Origin: Phycisphaerae bacterium
GTDB lineage: Bacteria; Planctomycetota; Phycisphaerae; WQYP01
DNA: 64,000 nucleotides
Reading direction: 5' to 3'
Assembly: GCA_035504095.1 (NCBI GenBank)
Contig: DATJSN010000045.1
Location: 591-64,590, forward strand
Program-made: the position numbers and the translations under genes
Part shown: positions 1 through 9,355 of the stretch, piece after piece
How the letters are laid out: each line of letters opens with the position of its first letter
Numbering within the stretch: the stretch's first letter is position 1
The notes under the pieces: model-generated
Told to the model about the DNA's origin: nothing
What the model saw: the letters and a program-made list of their open reading frames with translations, nothing else
Database searches by the model: none

Positions 1-144
1 TTTGGGTAAACCATCCATAACCAGAACAACTTTTTGCCGTGAGCCTGAAACCAAAACGCAAAGTTCGCGCAGGGAAAGGCCCGATATCAGCCCGCTCATG
101 GCACTGGCCGCATGCAGGCAGTTATAAGCATCAATGATGATCAT
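1..144 (-). CDS. Partial CDS continuing beyond the window edge; the N-terminus MIIIDAYNCLHAASAM resembles NYN/LabA-like (YacP-type) nuclease-domain proteins.
   Basis: Hand translation of the minus strand from the ATG at 144 stays open to position 1 (48 aa). The IDxYN motif is typical of NYN domains. The ATG lies 34 bp downstream of the pyrC stop on the same strand. Confidence 0.35.
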   Translation of the reverse strand, partial: MIIIDAYNCLHAASAMSGLISGLSLRELCVLVSGSRQKVVLVMDGLPK

Positions 145-177
145 CGATCAGGCCCGGAACATCGCGTCCCCGCCATT

Positions 178-1479
178 TCAATGTTCGGCGGGCCGCTGAT
201 AGACCATTTTACCGGCCAGGAGCGTATAACGAACCGCGCCGGTAACCATGCGACCGGCAAAAGGCGTATTGCGGCCCTTGCTGCGGAATTTGTCCGGTTC
301 AATTTTCCAATGGCGATTCTGATCGACAATTGCGATATCCGCGATGGCCCCTTCCAGCAGGTTGCCACGATCTTTAAGTCGTAGAATGGCCGCCGGTTTG
401 GCGCTCATTTTTTCGATCAATTGCTGCCAATTCAGCAGTCCCGGCTTAACCAGTGCTTCAGCATAAAGTGCCAAAGCTGTTTCCAGACCGACGATCCCAA
501 ATGGCGCTTTATCAAATTCAACTTCTTTTTCTTCGCGTGTATGTGGGGCGTGATCGGTGGCCAGGGCGTCAATGGTTCCATCCGCTATACCTTCAAGGCA
601 CGCTTGCACGTCGGCCCGGCTGCGCAACGGAGGATTCATTTTAAAGTTGGTATCGTAACCATCACACGATTCGTCGGTCAGCAGCAAATGATGTGGCGTA
701 ACTTCCGCGGTAACGTGATGCCCCGATTTTTTTGCCTGGCGGACCAACTCCACCGCGCCCGCCGTACTGATGTGCTGCACATGGTAGCGCGCGTTGATCC
801 TACGGTTGAGCAACAGATCCCGGGCGATTATCAATTCTTCAGAAACGCCGGCAATTCCGCCCAGGCCCAGCCGTAACGCGGTTGTGCCGGCATTCATCGA
901 ACCTCCGGAAAGCGTCGGTTCCTCGCAGTGTTGGCTAATCAGACCGTCAAACATTTTTACGTATTGCAGGGCTTTATGCATGACCGAGGCTTCGCCTACG
1001 CTGACACCGTCATCGGTAAAACCGATCGCCCCCGCTTCATGCATGAGCATCATTTCAGAAAGTTCCTTGCCCTCGCGATCCTTGGTGATCGCGCCCATCG
1101 GCAATACATTGCATAAACCCGCCCGCGCAGCCTGCGTTAGCACAAATTCAATCTGCGTATCGTTGTCGATCGCCGGACTGGTATTAGGCATGCAACAGAT
1201 CGTGGTAAATCCTCCGGCGACCGCGGCCGCCGCTCCGGTCGCAATGGTTTCCTTGTGCTCCTGGCCCGGCTCACGCAGATGCACGTGCATATCGATAAAA
1301 CCGGGTGCTACCAGACCACCGGCGGCATCCAGCACGGCGGCATCGGGCGCAAGGCGTTTGAGGCCGGTTCCGACCTTGGCCACCCGCCCATCAACCACGA
1401 GTAATTCCGCTTCCCGGAGCTGTGGATGCACCGGATCCAGAATGGTTCCATTGGTAATCAACAACTGGTTCGGATTCAT
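178..1479 (-). CDS. pyrC: Dihydroorotase
   Basis: 433 aa. FIDMHVHLREPG metal-binding motif and the ...TTICCMPNTSPAID... region are characteristic of the amidohydrolase dihydroorotase. Confidence 0.9.
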   Translation of the reverse strand: MNPNQLLITNGTILDPVHPQLREAELLVVDGRVAKVGTGLKRLAPDAAVLDAAGGLVAPGFIDMHVHLREPGQEHKETIATGAAAAVAGGFTTICCMPNTSPAIDNDTQIEFVLTQAARAGLCNVLPMGAITKDREGKELSEMMLMHEAGAIGFTDDGVSVGEASVMHKALQYVKMFDGLISQHCEEPTLSGGSMNAGTTALRLGLGGIAGVSEELIIARDLLLNRRINARYHVQHISTAGAVELVRQAKKSGHHVTAEVTPHHLLLTDESCDGYDTNFKMNPPLRSRADVQACLEGIADGTIDALATDHAPHTREEKEVEFDKAPFGIVGLETALALYAEALVKPGLLNWQQLIEKMSAKPAAILRLKDRGNLLEGAIADIAIVDQNRHWKIEPDKFRSKGRNTPFAGRMVTGAVRYTLLAGKMVYQRPAEH

Positions 1480-1526
1480 GGTTCTAAAGTATAAGCAGTT
1501 GCAGTATTCACGGCGAGTGGAGAATT

Positions 1527-3662
1527 CTATCCAACTTCATGGAACTGGTTTTCAAAAAGCTGCCGGTAGGTTTCACAAGAATCCAACAATTGGGCGTGCG
1601 TCCCTATGCCCACTATTTGCCCGGCTTCCAGGCAAACAATCATGTCCGCTGAAACAACGGTGCTGAGGCGATGGGCAATTACAAACGTCGTTCGATCTTT
1701 CACAAATTCTTTAAGCGCCAGAGAAATTTTGAATTCACTCTCCGAATCGATTTGACTGAGCGCTTCATCAAGAATCAAAATTGCCGGATCGCGCAAAATG
1801 GCGCGGGCAATGGCGATCCGTTGCCGCTGGCCGCCGGAAAGCCGTATGCCCGACTGGCCCACCATGGTCTCGTATCCTTTTGCCATGTTGACAATGAATT
1901 CGTCCGAGAAGCTGCGCCGGCTGGCATCGAGCACCTGTTCGCGGCTGCAGTGCCGGCTGCCATAGGCAATGTTGTTATAGATGGTATCAGCGAAAAGTAT
2001 CGTTTCCTGCGTCACAAGGCCGATTTGTTTGCGCAGCGAACGCAGCGACACGCCGGCGGTATCCACGCCGTCGATCAAAATCCTGCCCCGTGTCGGTATA
2101 TACAAACGCGGTAAAAGTGAAAGAAGCGTGGTTTTTCCCGAACCATTGCCCCCCACGATGGCCACTGTCTGGCCGTGTTCCACGTTCAAGTTTAAATTAT
2201 GCAATACTTCCTGTTCATGGCCGGGATAGGTAAAACTAAGATGTTCAAACCGAATGGATTCTTTGTGCCGAGGCAATTGCGGCAGCTGATGCGAATAGTT
2301 TGGCTCCGGCTCCATATCGATGACTTCGAAAATGCGGCTTGCTGCGGCGTTGGCGCGCTGGATGGTGGTGTTGACATCCGAGAGTTTTCGGAACGGTTCA
2401 AGAAACGCCAGAAAGCATCCGCCCAGCATGAAAAATGTTTCCCGGTCGACTTTGTTGTTCACCACTAAATATGCCGCAATCATCAACGGAATGCTGACCA
2501 GAATGATGGAAAGCGTTTCCACGACCGGTTTGGAAGCGGCCGCATAATGCCCAAGTTTGGCCTGTTGCAGATAAAGACGGCGATTGGACCGGGTGAAGCG
2601 TCGGCGTTCATAACCTTCACCCGAGTAAGCTTTCACTATGCGCAAGCCGACCAGCGTCTCGTTGATAATGCCCAGCATGCCGGCCCACTCTTCAAGTCCG
2701 CGACGGCTGGCCCGGCGCATGCGATGGGAAAATTTATAAACCGGTATGGCGATAAATGGCAGACATGCCGCCATTCCCAGACATAGCTTCCAATCCAAAA
2801 AAAGAGCAAAAATGGCGACGAAGACAGCCTTTGCCGGCTCCAGAATCATTTTGCCTGTAAGCGTACTCAGACCGTCGGTAAGGATATTAGTGTCCTGCGT
2901 GAGCCGACTGGCCAGATCGGATGTGCCTTTTTCAGAAAAATAAGATGCGGGAAGCTGTACGATCCGGTCATACATGCTTCGTCGGATGTCAATGACCACT
3001 CGTGAACTGGTAGTGACAGTCAGATACTGTTGAAAATAACGGAAGATGCTGCCAATGATGCAAAGAAAAATAAACAGGATCAATATCCACAAAAGGCTTT
3101 GAAATGGTGGTTTTGGCAGGAGATTCACCAGCGCTATAAATTCTCGCACGTACCAGTGTGTGCCCGGCAGCGTCAAATTGATTGCTGGTAATGCCCCACC
3201 ATGGCTGGATGTGACCATCAGCCGAATGGCGGATCCCTGCGGACCGCCGGCCAACAGAGCCATCATATCGAACCATGAATCGCTCTGGCTTGTTATTTTT
3301 CCGGTTGCGTCCAGCACCTGAACACGCGTAATTCGGTCGCCTTGTTGCAGGGATTGCAGCTGAACGGGAGTATTTGTGGTCGTGGCGCCGATGACAAGGG
3401 CTAAATTAGCGTTTTGTCCGGAGGCCGTTTTCTCAACGGAAACGTCCAGGTTCTGAATATTCAGGTGCAGACGCTGTTCAACTGCGATTTGATTAACCCA
3501 CCCGTGGACGCCCTCATCGCTGAGGAATATTTTCATTACTGGAAACAGGGTGGCGATGCCCGAAGCATAACTTAGGCTTACGCCTAGCACACAAAGCAAA
3601 CTCACAACGATACGCCAGCGATACGGCCAGACGCCTTTAAGTGCTCGCCATAAATCTTTCAT
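1527..3662 (-). CDS. ABC transporter permease/ATP-binding protein (MsbA-like exporter) with a ~150 aa periplasmic, PDZ-like insert after TM1.
   Basis: 711 aa. Walker A GGNGSGKTT, ABC signature LSGGQRQR, Walker B ILILDEA. Six TM helices follow an extra N-terminal TM plus a soluble segment (QQGDRITRVQVLDATGKI). Confidence 0.9.
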   Translation of the reverse strand: MKDLWRALKGVWPYRWRIVVSLLCVLGVSLSYASGIATLFPVMKIFLSDEGVHGWVNQIAVEQRLHLNIQNLDVSVEKTASGQNANLALVIGATTTNTPVQLQSLQQGDRITRVQVLDATGKITSQSDSWFDMMALLAGGPQGSAIRLMVTSSHGGALPAINLTLPGTHWYVREFIALVNLLPKPPFQSLLWILILFIFLCIIGSIFRYFQQYLTVTTSSRVVIDIRRSMYDRIVQLPASYFSEKGTSDLASRLTQDTNILTDGLSTLTGKMILEPAKAVFVAIFALFLDWKLCLGMAACLPFIAIPVYKFSHRMRRASRRGLEEWAGMLGIINETLVGLRIVKAYSGEGYERRRFTRSNRRLYLQQAKLGHYAAASKPVVETLSIILVSIPLMIAAYLVVNNKVDRETFFMLGGCFLAFLEPFRKLSDVNTTIQRANAAASRIFEVIDMEPEPNYSHQLPQLPRHKESIRFEHLSFTYPGHEQEVLHNLNLNVEHGQTVAIVGGNGSGKTTLLSLLPRLYIPTRGRILIDGVDTAGVSLRSLRKQIGLVTQETILFADTIYNNIAYGSRHCSREQVLDASRRSFSDEFIVNMAKGYETMVGQSGIRLSGGQRQRIAIARAILRDPAILILDEALSQIDSESEFKISLALKEFVKDRTTFVIAHRLSTVVSADMIVCLEAGQIVGIGTHAQLLDSCETYRQLFENQFHEVG

Positions 3663-3738
3663 ACAACCTCATGAGCCTGCCGTAATTCCAAACCCGCGAT
3701 TGTAACATGTTTCGATGTCGGTGGCACGGTGAACAACA

Positions 3739-5067
3739 TTACGGCCTCTGGGCGCTGGCGGTTCTTTGGGTTGCTTCGGGCTGGCCGGTGGAAACCGGGC
3801 CGATCAGCCCCACAAGCGTATTAACCACTGGCTGAGGACGTGCGCCCTGTTGATAAAGTTGCTGGACCGCCACATGAGCCAGCGTACGGTTAATGCGCTC
3901 GTTCTGTGTCGCGGGGTCATTCATGAAAACCCTGTAATTTGTCAGTGCTGCGTACATGGTTCGATCGCGCAAGATGCCTGCAGGAAGAGCCGTTGCGGCC
4001 TCTTTGAGGAGTTTTCCGGCCAGATAGGCGTCATCGGTATTAACTGTGCCGGCTTCCAAAGCATCATCAAGAACTGCGGCCATTCCGGTGGGCCATAGCC
4101 TCATAATCGCCGACCGCATTTGCGGCCAGTCGCGGATAAAACGCGCATACAAATATACTGGCACACTGGCATCTGGATTGCCCTGCTGAACTTTTACATA
4201 TTCCAGATCAAGATACTCAATCATCTGCCTGGTCTGAACAATAAGCGTTCTGGCTATATCCATTTCGGCCATTAGCGGAGCGTTCGCACGAACCGCCCTG
4301 GTTTCATGTATGCCCAGCATGGAAACGACTCGATTGGCCGCATCAAGTTGTCCTGCATCCAGAAAATCGATCGTTAATTGAACATTTGCGCGTTCAGCAA
4401 GGACGGCATACTGCTGCCGGTTTTGCAACGGAGTCGCATGCACCGATGCCAAAAGATGACTCATGGTCCAGATTGGCGCAATCTGCACCGGATTATTGAC
4501 ATCGATCACGAGTTGCATGTATCGCTCTAATGACTGCTGGGCTAACGGCGAAGAAAAACTGGAATCATAAGTCAGGGCAAATGTTCTAAGAGCCAGCAGT
4601 CGCCCCAATCCAATGCTTCCGGCTTGCACTGAGGCCGTAAGCAATTGCTCAGCGACGGCCGCTCGCTCACCCGCCGAGGCCGAAACCAAACCACTTGTGA
4701 CATTGCCAAATTGTTTTTGATAATCCTGCCAATCCGCCGCGGTATAAAGTGCTGTAAAATCTTCCGGAACAATCGAAGGAAACTGCGGATTAAGGGATAA
4801 ATCGGGCAAGAACTCTTCGAGAGTCAGCTGCGGCGGTAATAAAGGACTATTCAGCGACACTGTAGCCTGTCGGGAAGAGTTGGTTGCTTCCTCCGCTGCC
4901 GTAACGAAATACCCGGGAAATAAACAAGCGATCAGTGCGACCATGGCAAAAATAAGCGTTCCGGAAATGCGCGCAACAACATAAGAGCCGGGTAATGCAT
5001 CCATGCATTTATTACGGAATGTCATGGAGTCCATTATCCAAACTGACGCCGTCCAGAGCAAATCCAC
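3739..5067 (-). CDS. Hypothetical membrane-anchored protein
   Basis: 442 aa ORF with an N-terminal hydrophobic helix and no recognisable catalytic motifs. It is co-directional with the ABC exporter downstream of it. Confidence 0.6.
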   Translation of the reverse strand: MDLLWTASVWIMDSMTFRNKCMDALPGSYVVARISGTLIFAMVALIACLFPGYFVTAAEEATNSSRQATVSLNSPLLPPQLTLEEFLPDLSLNPQFPSIVPEDFTALYTAADWQDYQKQFGNVTSGLVSASAGERAAVAEQLLTASVQAGSIGLGRLLALRTFALTYDSSFSSPLAQQSLERYMQLVIDVNNPVQIAPIWTMSHLLASVHATPLQNRQQYAVLAERANVQLTIDFLDAGQLDAANRVVSMLGIHETRAVRANAPLMAEMDIARTLIVQTRQMIEYLDLEYVKVQQGNPDASVPVYLYARFIRDWPQMRSAIMRLWPTGMAAVLDDALEAGTVNTDDAYLAGKLLKEAATALPAGILRDRTMYAALTNYRVFMNDPATQNERINRTLAHVAVQQLYQQGARPQPVVNTLVGLIGPVSTGQPEATQRTASAQRP

Positions 5068-5095
5068 GCTATAATGCTGTTAAATAGACCGCATT

Positions 5096-6262
5096 GTGTG
5101 GTTTAAAGCCGGTGTTCATATGCGTTATTCATACTCTGAATTCGACGGGCAGGAATTTCCCACGCCTGAAAGTCTCTTTAATTACTCGAATATTTTTGAT
5201 TTTATTCTGACCTATGGCGAACAAGCACTCGAGGCCATGGACAAATTAAAACCCGCTGATGAGCACATATTGCAAGAGCTTATCGAAAGTGGACTACTGG
5301 AAAAAGCTGCCGGACGGTTCAGGCTCACACCACGAGCCATTAACGCCATGCAGAAAAAAGCTTTGATGGAAATTTTCGCCAATCTGCCGCGAGGCAGTCG
5401 GGATTCGCATCCCACCACCAGCACCGGCAACGGCTCAGACAGGCTCGAAGGCACGAAAAAATATCAATTTGGCGATCCGATCAGCGAATTGGATATGACC
5501 TCTACACTTCGTAATGCCATCCAGCGCATCTCGGCGAGCGGCGTTCCGGTCGGTCTGCCGATCAACATCAAAGAGTCCGATATGGATTTGCATTTGCTTG
5601 AATCAACGACCAACTGTGCGTTGTGCATTCTGATTGATATGTCGGGCAGTATGCGGCGTTACGGACGGTTTCTGGCCGCTAAAAAGGTGGCTATGGCTTT
5701 GACTGCCCTGGTACGCGAGCGATTTCCTCAGGATACGGTCGATCTTGTCGGTTTTTATACTACGGCCATTCCTGTGCGAGAAACCCAATTGCCGCTGCTG
5801 ATGCCCAAGCCGGTCAGCACCTATGAATATGAGGTGGATGTTACGCTGCCTCTGGCGGACGCGGCCCAAACTCACCAGCACTTCACCAATCTCCAACTGG
5901 GTATGCAGATGGCCCGGCGACTGCTCAGCGCACGTTCGGCCCAGCAAAAAATCATGTTTATTATCACGGATGGCCAGCCTACGGCGCACGTCGACGGCGA
6001 AACGCTTCATTTGCATTATCCGCCACGAAAAATCACCACGATGGCGACTCTGCGTGAAGGACTTCAATGCACTCGCGCCGGTGTTCGCGTGGCCAGTTTT
6101 GCACTGATCGAAGATTACTGGGATATGGAATGGGTTGAATTCATCGATCAGCTTACCCGGCTGTGCAAAGGAACTGCCTTTTACTGCACGGGTGAGAATC
6201 TGGCCAGTTGTGTGATGGAAAGTTATTTGAGCGGCAAAAAACGCAAGACGTATATTGCCTGA
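5096..6262 (+). CDS. von Willebrand factor A (vWA) domain protein, CoxE-like. The likely true start is the ATG at 5120; the track ORF begins at a GTG at 5096.
   Basis: The MIDAS motif ILIDMSGSM, with downstream conserved T and D residues, is typical of vWA domains. Confidence 0.8.
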   Translation: MWFKAGVHMRYSYSEFDGQEFPTPESLFNYSNIFDFILTYGEQALEAMDKLKPADEHILQELIESGLLEKAAGRFRLTPRAINAMQKKALMEIFANLPRGSRDSHPTTSTGNGSDRLEGTKKYQFGDPISELDMTSTLRNAIQRISASGVPVGLPINIKESDMDLHLLESTTNCALCILIDMSGSMRRYGRFLAAKKVAMALTALVRERFPQDTVDLVGFYTTAIPVRETQLPLLMPKPVSTYEYEVDVTLPLADAAQTHQHFTNLQLGMQMARRLLSARSAQQKIMFIITDGQPTAHVDGETLHLHYPPRKITTMATLREGLQCTRAGVRVASFALIEDYWDMEWVEFIDQLTRLCKGTAFYCTGENLASCVMESYLSGKKRKTYIA

Positions 6263-6279
6263 TCCATTTCGAAGCGCTT

Positions 6280-6807
6280 CTACGCCGCAGGCAGTACGAA
6301 CTCCTCAAGCTGCGATGGAAGCGATTTAAGTCCTCTTTTTTTGGCCAACCGCACATAGTGCTGCATGCTTCGTCGATAATGCCGCCGGACATGTTCGTCT
6401 ATGGGAATATCGCGTCGTCGCATTTGCTCAAAGGCCCATTGCCAGACGTGGTATTCCTCCAGACAGCGCGGCCTGAATTTCCTGAAACCGACTGCGTGGT
6501 GCCCCACTTCATGTAAAAATATGCAGGCACTCACCGGCGAACGCGGTCGCGGTGCTGCCACCATCCGCTTAATTTCTCCATTGTTGTAATGGAGTTCGTA
6601 GGCGACTCCACTCATGCTGCGTCGCCATTTACGGATGGCAATTCCATATTCATTCTTCATTTGCGCAACCAGTGCATCATAAAAGCGTCTTCGCTCGGCA
6701 GTTGCAGAGCCACCGGTTTTTATTACGCGGTAATATTTTTGCGGAGCTGTCGGATAATTTTTTTCGATGATCCCCAAGAAGGCCAACTGTTCCTCGATCA
6801 TTTGCAA
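6280..6807 (-). CDS. Hypothetical small protein with an HExxH (zincin-like) motif
   Basis: 175 aa. LHEVGHH motif, basic/aromatic-rich, convergent with the vWA gene. Confidence 0.5.
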   Translation of the reverse strand: MQMIEEQLAFLGIIEKNYPTAPQKYYRVIKTGGSATAERRRFYDALVAQMKNEYGIAIRKWRRSMSGVAYELHYNNGEIKRMVAAPRPRSPVSACIFLHEVGHHAVGFRKFRPRCLEEYHVWQWAFEQMRRRDIPIDEHVRRHYRRSMQHYVRLAKKRGLKSLPSQLEEFVLPAA

Positions 6808-7110
6808 TTTCCGCCGCTGATGGGTTGATTATCGTAATTCTGTAGGCAGGGTTAACGTTTGGTTTACAAAATATTTACGCAGCGCCTGTGCCAAACGAGA
6901 ACCGCTGCAGAAAAAAGGAATCGGATTTTTACACTACATTAACTGAGCGGCCTGCCCGCCGTTTGCGGTTGAGCATCTGCCGGCCTTTTTTGGATTTCAT
7001 ACGGGCGCGAAAACCGATTTTCCTGACACGCTTACGATTGCTGACCTTGTGGGGATAATGCACGCTAAAACTCCAATACAACCTTTTTGAATTTTAATCT
7101 CAATTGGTAC

Positions 7111-9324
7111 TTATTGCACCTTCACCAGCACGGAGGCATACGCGTTATTACCCTGGTCATCCGTAGCCAGGATCACTACGCGATGCGACCCGGGGTCCAG
7201 AGCTTTCGTAATGGCGCTGAAGCCCTCCAGCGGCGAGTCGAAAATAGTATCCGATGCCGCCGCAGGCTGCCAGTTTGTCGCGGAATCGATTTGGAAGCTT
7301 ACCTGAGTAACCGGCGAGAGTTTATCGCTCGCGATGCCGGTAATCTCTACCTGTCTTCCAGGTAGAGCCTTCCACTGCAGATTGGCGATAGTAGGCGGTG
7401 TATTATTGACCAGGAACCATTGGGTTTGACGGGCCACTTCAAAAGCATTTTGCGGTGGATTGTCCGGTGCATCCGAAGCGATCACCCTTACCTGATAATA
7501 ACCGTCGGGAAGCCCCGTCGTGTCCCAGGAATATTGAGTATCGGACAAATCTTTGGCAATCGAAATCCATACCGGGATACCCTGCTGTTGATAAGAGAGT
7601 TTGTATGCCAGTGTATCGTTATTCGCATCCGAAGCCTCCCACTGGATCGTGAGCTGGTGAGGCGAGTCGGATTGTGGTTGCACCTGCACGCTGGAAATCT
7701 CCGGTGGTACATTGATCTGTTGATAGGAAATTCGCCCAAGATGAACCACCGGAGTTTGCCCGTTTTTATCCGCCTGCAGTGTCAGACGAAACTGCAAATA
7801 CCGTGCGGTGGGGCTGGAAATTTTGCGATATTCATTGGCCGGCATCGGAGCGGACCATGCGCTCCAAAATTTGCCCAGGGTATCCACGTCCGGCAAATTT
7901 CCGCTGCGTGTTTGAATTTCAACATCGGCTCCTTCAGGAATGTCGGCGTCAATATGCGCTGCGCCCCAGTTAGCCGGCAATTGGGCATCCAACACTTTAC
8001 TGGTGTACGTGCCGCCGTCTACCGTTCCTGAAGAGAGTTCATAAACCTGTCCCTGATTGGCGGTTCCCAGATAAAGTTGTCCGTCGGGACCCAAGGTCAT
8101 GCAAAGGATATTCGCTTCGTTCAACCGTGCGATCAGTGATCGTGTCTGTGTGGCGGGCGTAAAAAACAATAATCGTCCATGATCACTAAGTCCCAGCATC
8201 AGTACGCCCTGATTGTAGAGCATCGAAAGAATCATGTCCGGAACATGCAGTAAAGTCGTAATCCTTCCCGCTGGTGTAATTTCGTAAACAGCGTTGGTCT
8301 GCGATGACTGCCCCTGTTCGTCTTGGTCCGACTGCGGCTGTGTTGAATTCGCATCATCGCTGGCGTCGCCCTGATCATCTGCGGGGTTTAAATCGTCCTG
8401 GTCATCAGCGGCATCCTGACCCTGTCCGTCGCCGGAAACGGCGCCGCCAGTTACATTCAACGTTGCGGGTTGACCGCCTGTGTGACTCTGTGGTTGAAAT
8501 AAACCACCGCTTCCCTGGGCAAGTCCTGGTGAAGCTGTAGCTGCAAAAACATTACCAGCGGCATCGGCAGCCAATGAGGATATTTCGGCATGGTCGGCGG
8601 ACATCAAAACAAACGATTCTCCGCTGGAAGCATTGACGCGAATCACCAGTCCCGGGCCATCGGTGCCGGCATACAGATTGCCATCCAGCCCAACGACCAG
8701 AGACGTAATGTTGTGTACATCCGCGCTAAAAATTTCTTTTGACGTTCCCTGTGGATCAACCCTCCAGATCTGGCCGTGTGGTCCGGTCGCCAGATAAATG
8801 GACCCGTCCGCACCTTGTTCAATCGCCCATATATATTCAACGGATGCCTGTTGAAAAAGAGTCGTTGTCGTGACCTTACCGCCAACATTGGAGAGGCGAA
8901 TAAGCTGGGCGGAGGACCCGCAAGTGCCTGCGAGCAGGGCTCCATCTTTATCCATGGCCAGGCTTAAAATGTCTGTCTGTCCTGCCGGAGGTTGGTAATA
9001 TGCGCTGGTTTGCCCACCGGAAATTTTATATATTTTTCCATTGGGTGATGTGCCGAAATAAATGCTGCCGTCCGGGGCCGCTGCGATGGCGCTAATCATG
9101 GTGAACATCGTGTGGTTTAGCAGAGGTTTAAGTTCCCGGCTTAACTGTAACTCACCAAGATTATTCACCACGGTATTGTGAAAGCTTCCATCGGCATACG
9201 AAGATTCTGTATTAAATTCCCAGTTTTGAGCTTCCACCGCCCAGGCAATCGGAGTCGCAATCAGCAGAACGGCTCCGATCGCAACCAAGATGTTTACCGT
9301 CCGATAAATTTTTTCTGCCAACAT
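7111..9324 (-). CDS. Large secreted/anchored protein: repeated beta-propeller-type blades, an acidic D/Q-rich low-complexity linker and a C-terminal Ig/Fn3-like region.
   Basis: 737 aa with an N-terminal signal-anchor. Repeated DGSIY(F/L)GT...G(Q/K)I(Y/W) blades occur about 6 times. Low-complexity segment DDQDDLNPADDQGDASDD. Confidence 0.8.
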   Translation of the reverse strand: MLAEKIYRTVNILVAIGAVLLIATPIAWAVEAQNWEFNTESSYADGSFHNTVVNNLGELQLSRELKPLLNHTMFTMISAIAAAPDGSIYFGTSPNGKIYKISGGQTSAYYQPPAGQTDILSLAMDKDGALLAGTCGSSAQLIRLSNVGGKVTTTTLFQQASVEYIWAIEQGADGSIYLATGPHGQIWRVDPQGTSKEIFSADVHNITSLVVGLDGNLYAGTDGPGLVIRVNASSGESFVLMSADHAEISSLAADAAGNVFAATASPGLAQGSGGLFQPQSHTGGQPATLNVTGGAVSGDGQGQDAADDQDDLNPADDQGDASDDANSTQPQSDQDEQGQSSQTNAVYEITPAGRITTLLHVPDMILSMLYNQGVLMLGLSDHGRLLFFTPATQTRSLIARLNEANILCMTLGPDGQLYLGTANQGQVYELSSGTVDGGTYTSKVLDAQLPANWGAAHIDADIPEGADVEIQTRSGNLPDVDTLGKFWSAWSAPMPANEYRKISSPTARYLQFRLTLQADKNGQTPVVHLGRISYQQINVPPEISSVQVQPQSDSPHQLTIQWEASDANNDTLAYKLSYQQQGIPVWISIAKDLSDTQYSWDTTGLPDGYYQVRVIASDAPDNPPQNAFEVARQTQWFLVNNTPPTIANLQWKALPGRQVEITGIASDKLSPVTQVSFQIDSATNWQPAAASDTIFDSPLEGFSAITKALDPGSHRVVILATDDQGNNAYASVLVKVQ

Positions 9325-9355
9325 TTGTTCTCCAGAATATTTGTTTTAAAGCCAA

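Noticed and set aside
112-1666. Plus-strand ORFs 112..384, 421..876 and 794..1666 overlapping pyrC
   Set aside because: They are antisense to, or frame-shifted against, a high-confidence dihydroorotase gene. They are low-complexity with no motifs.
6840-7110. Possible sigma-70 promoter TTGCTG...GATAAT in the intergenic region
   Set aside because: The spacer is only 10-11 nt, which is non-canonical.
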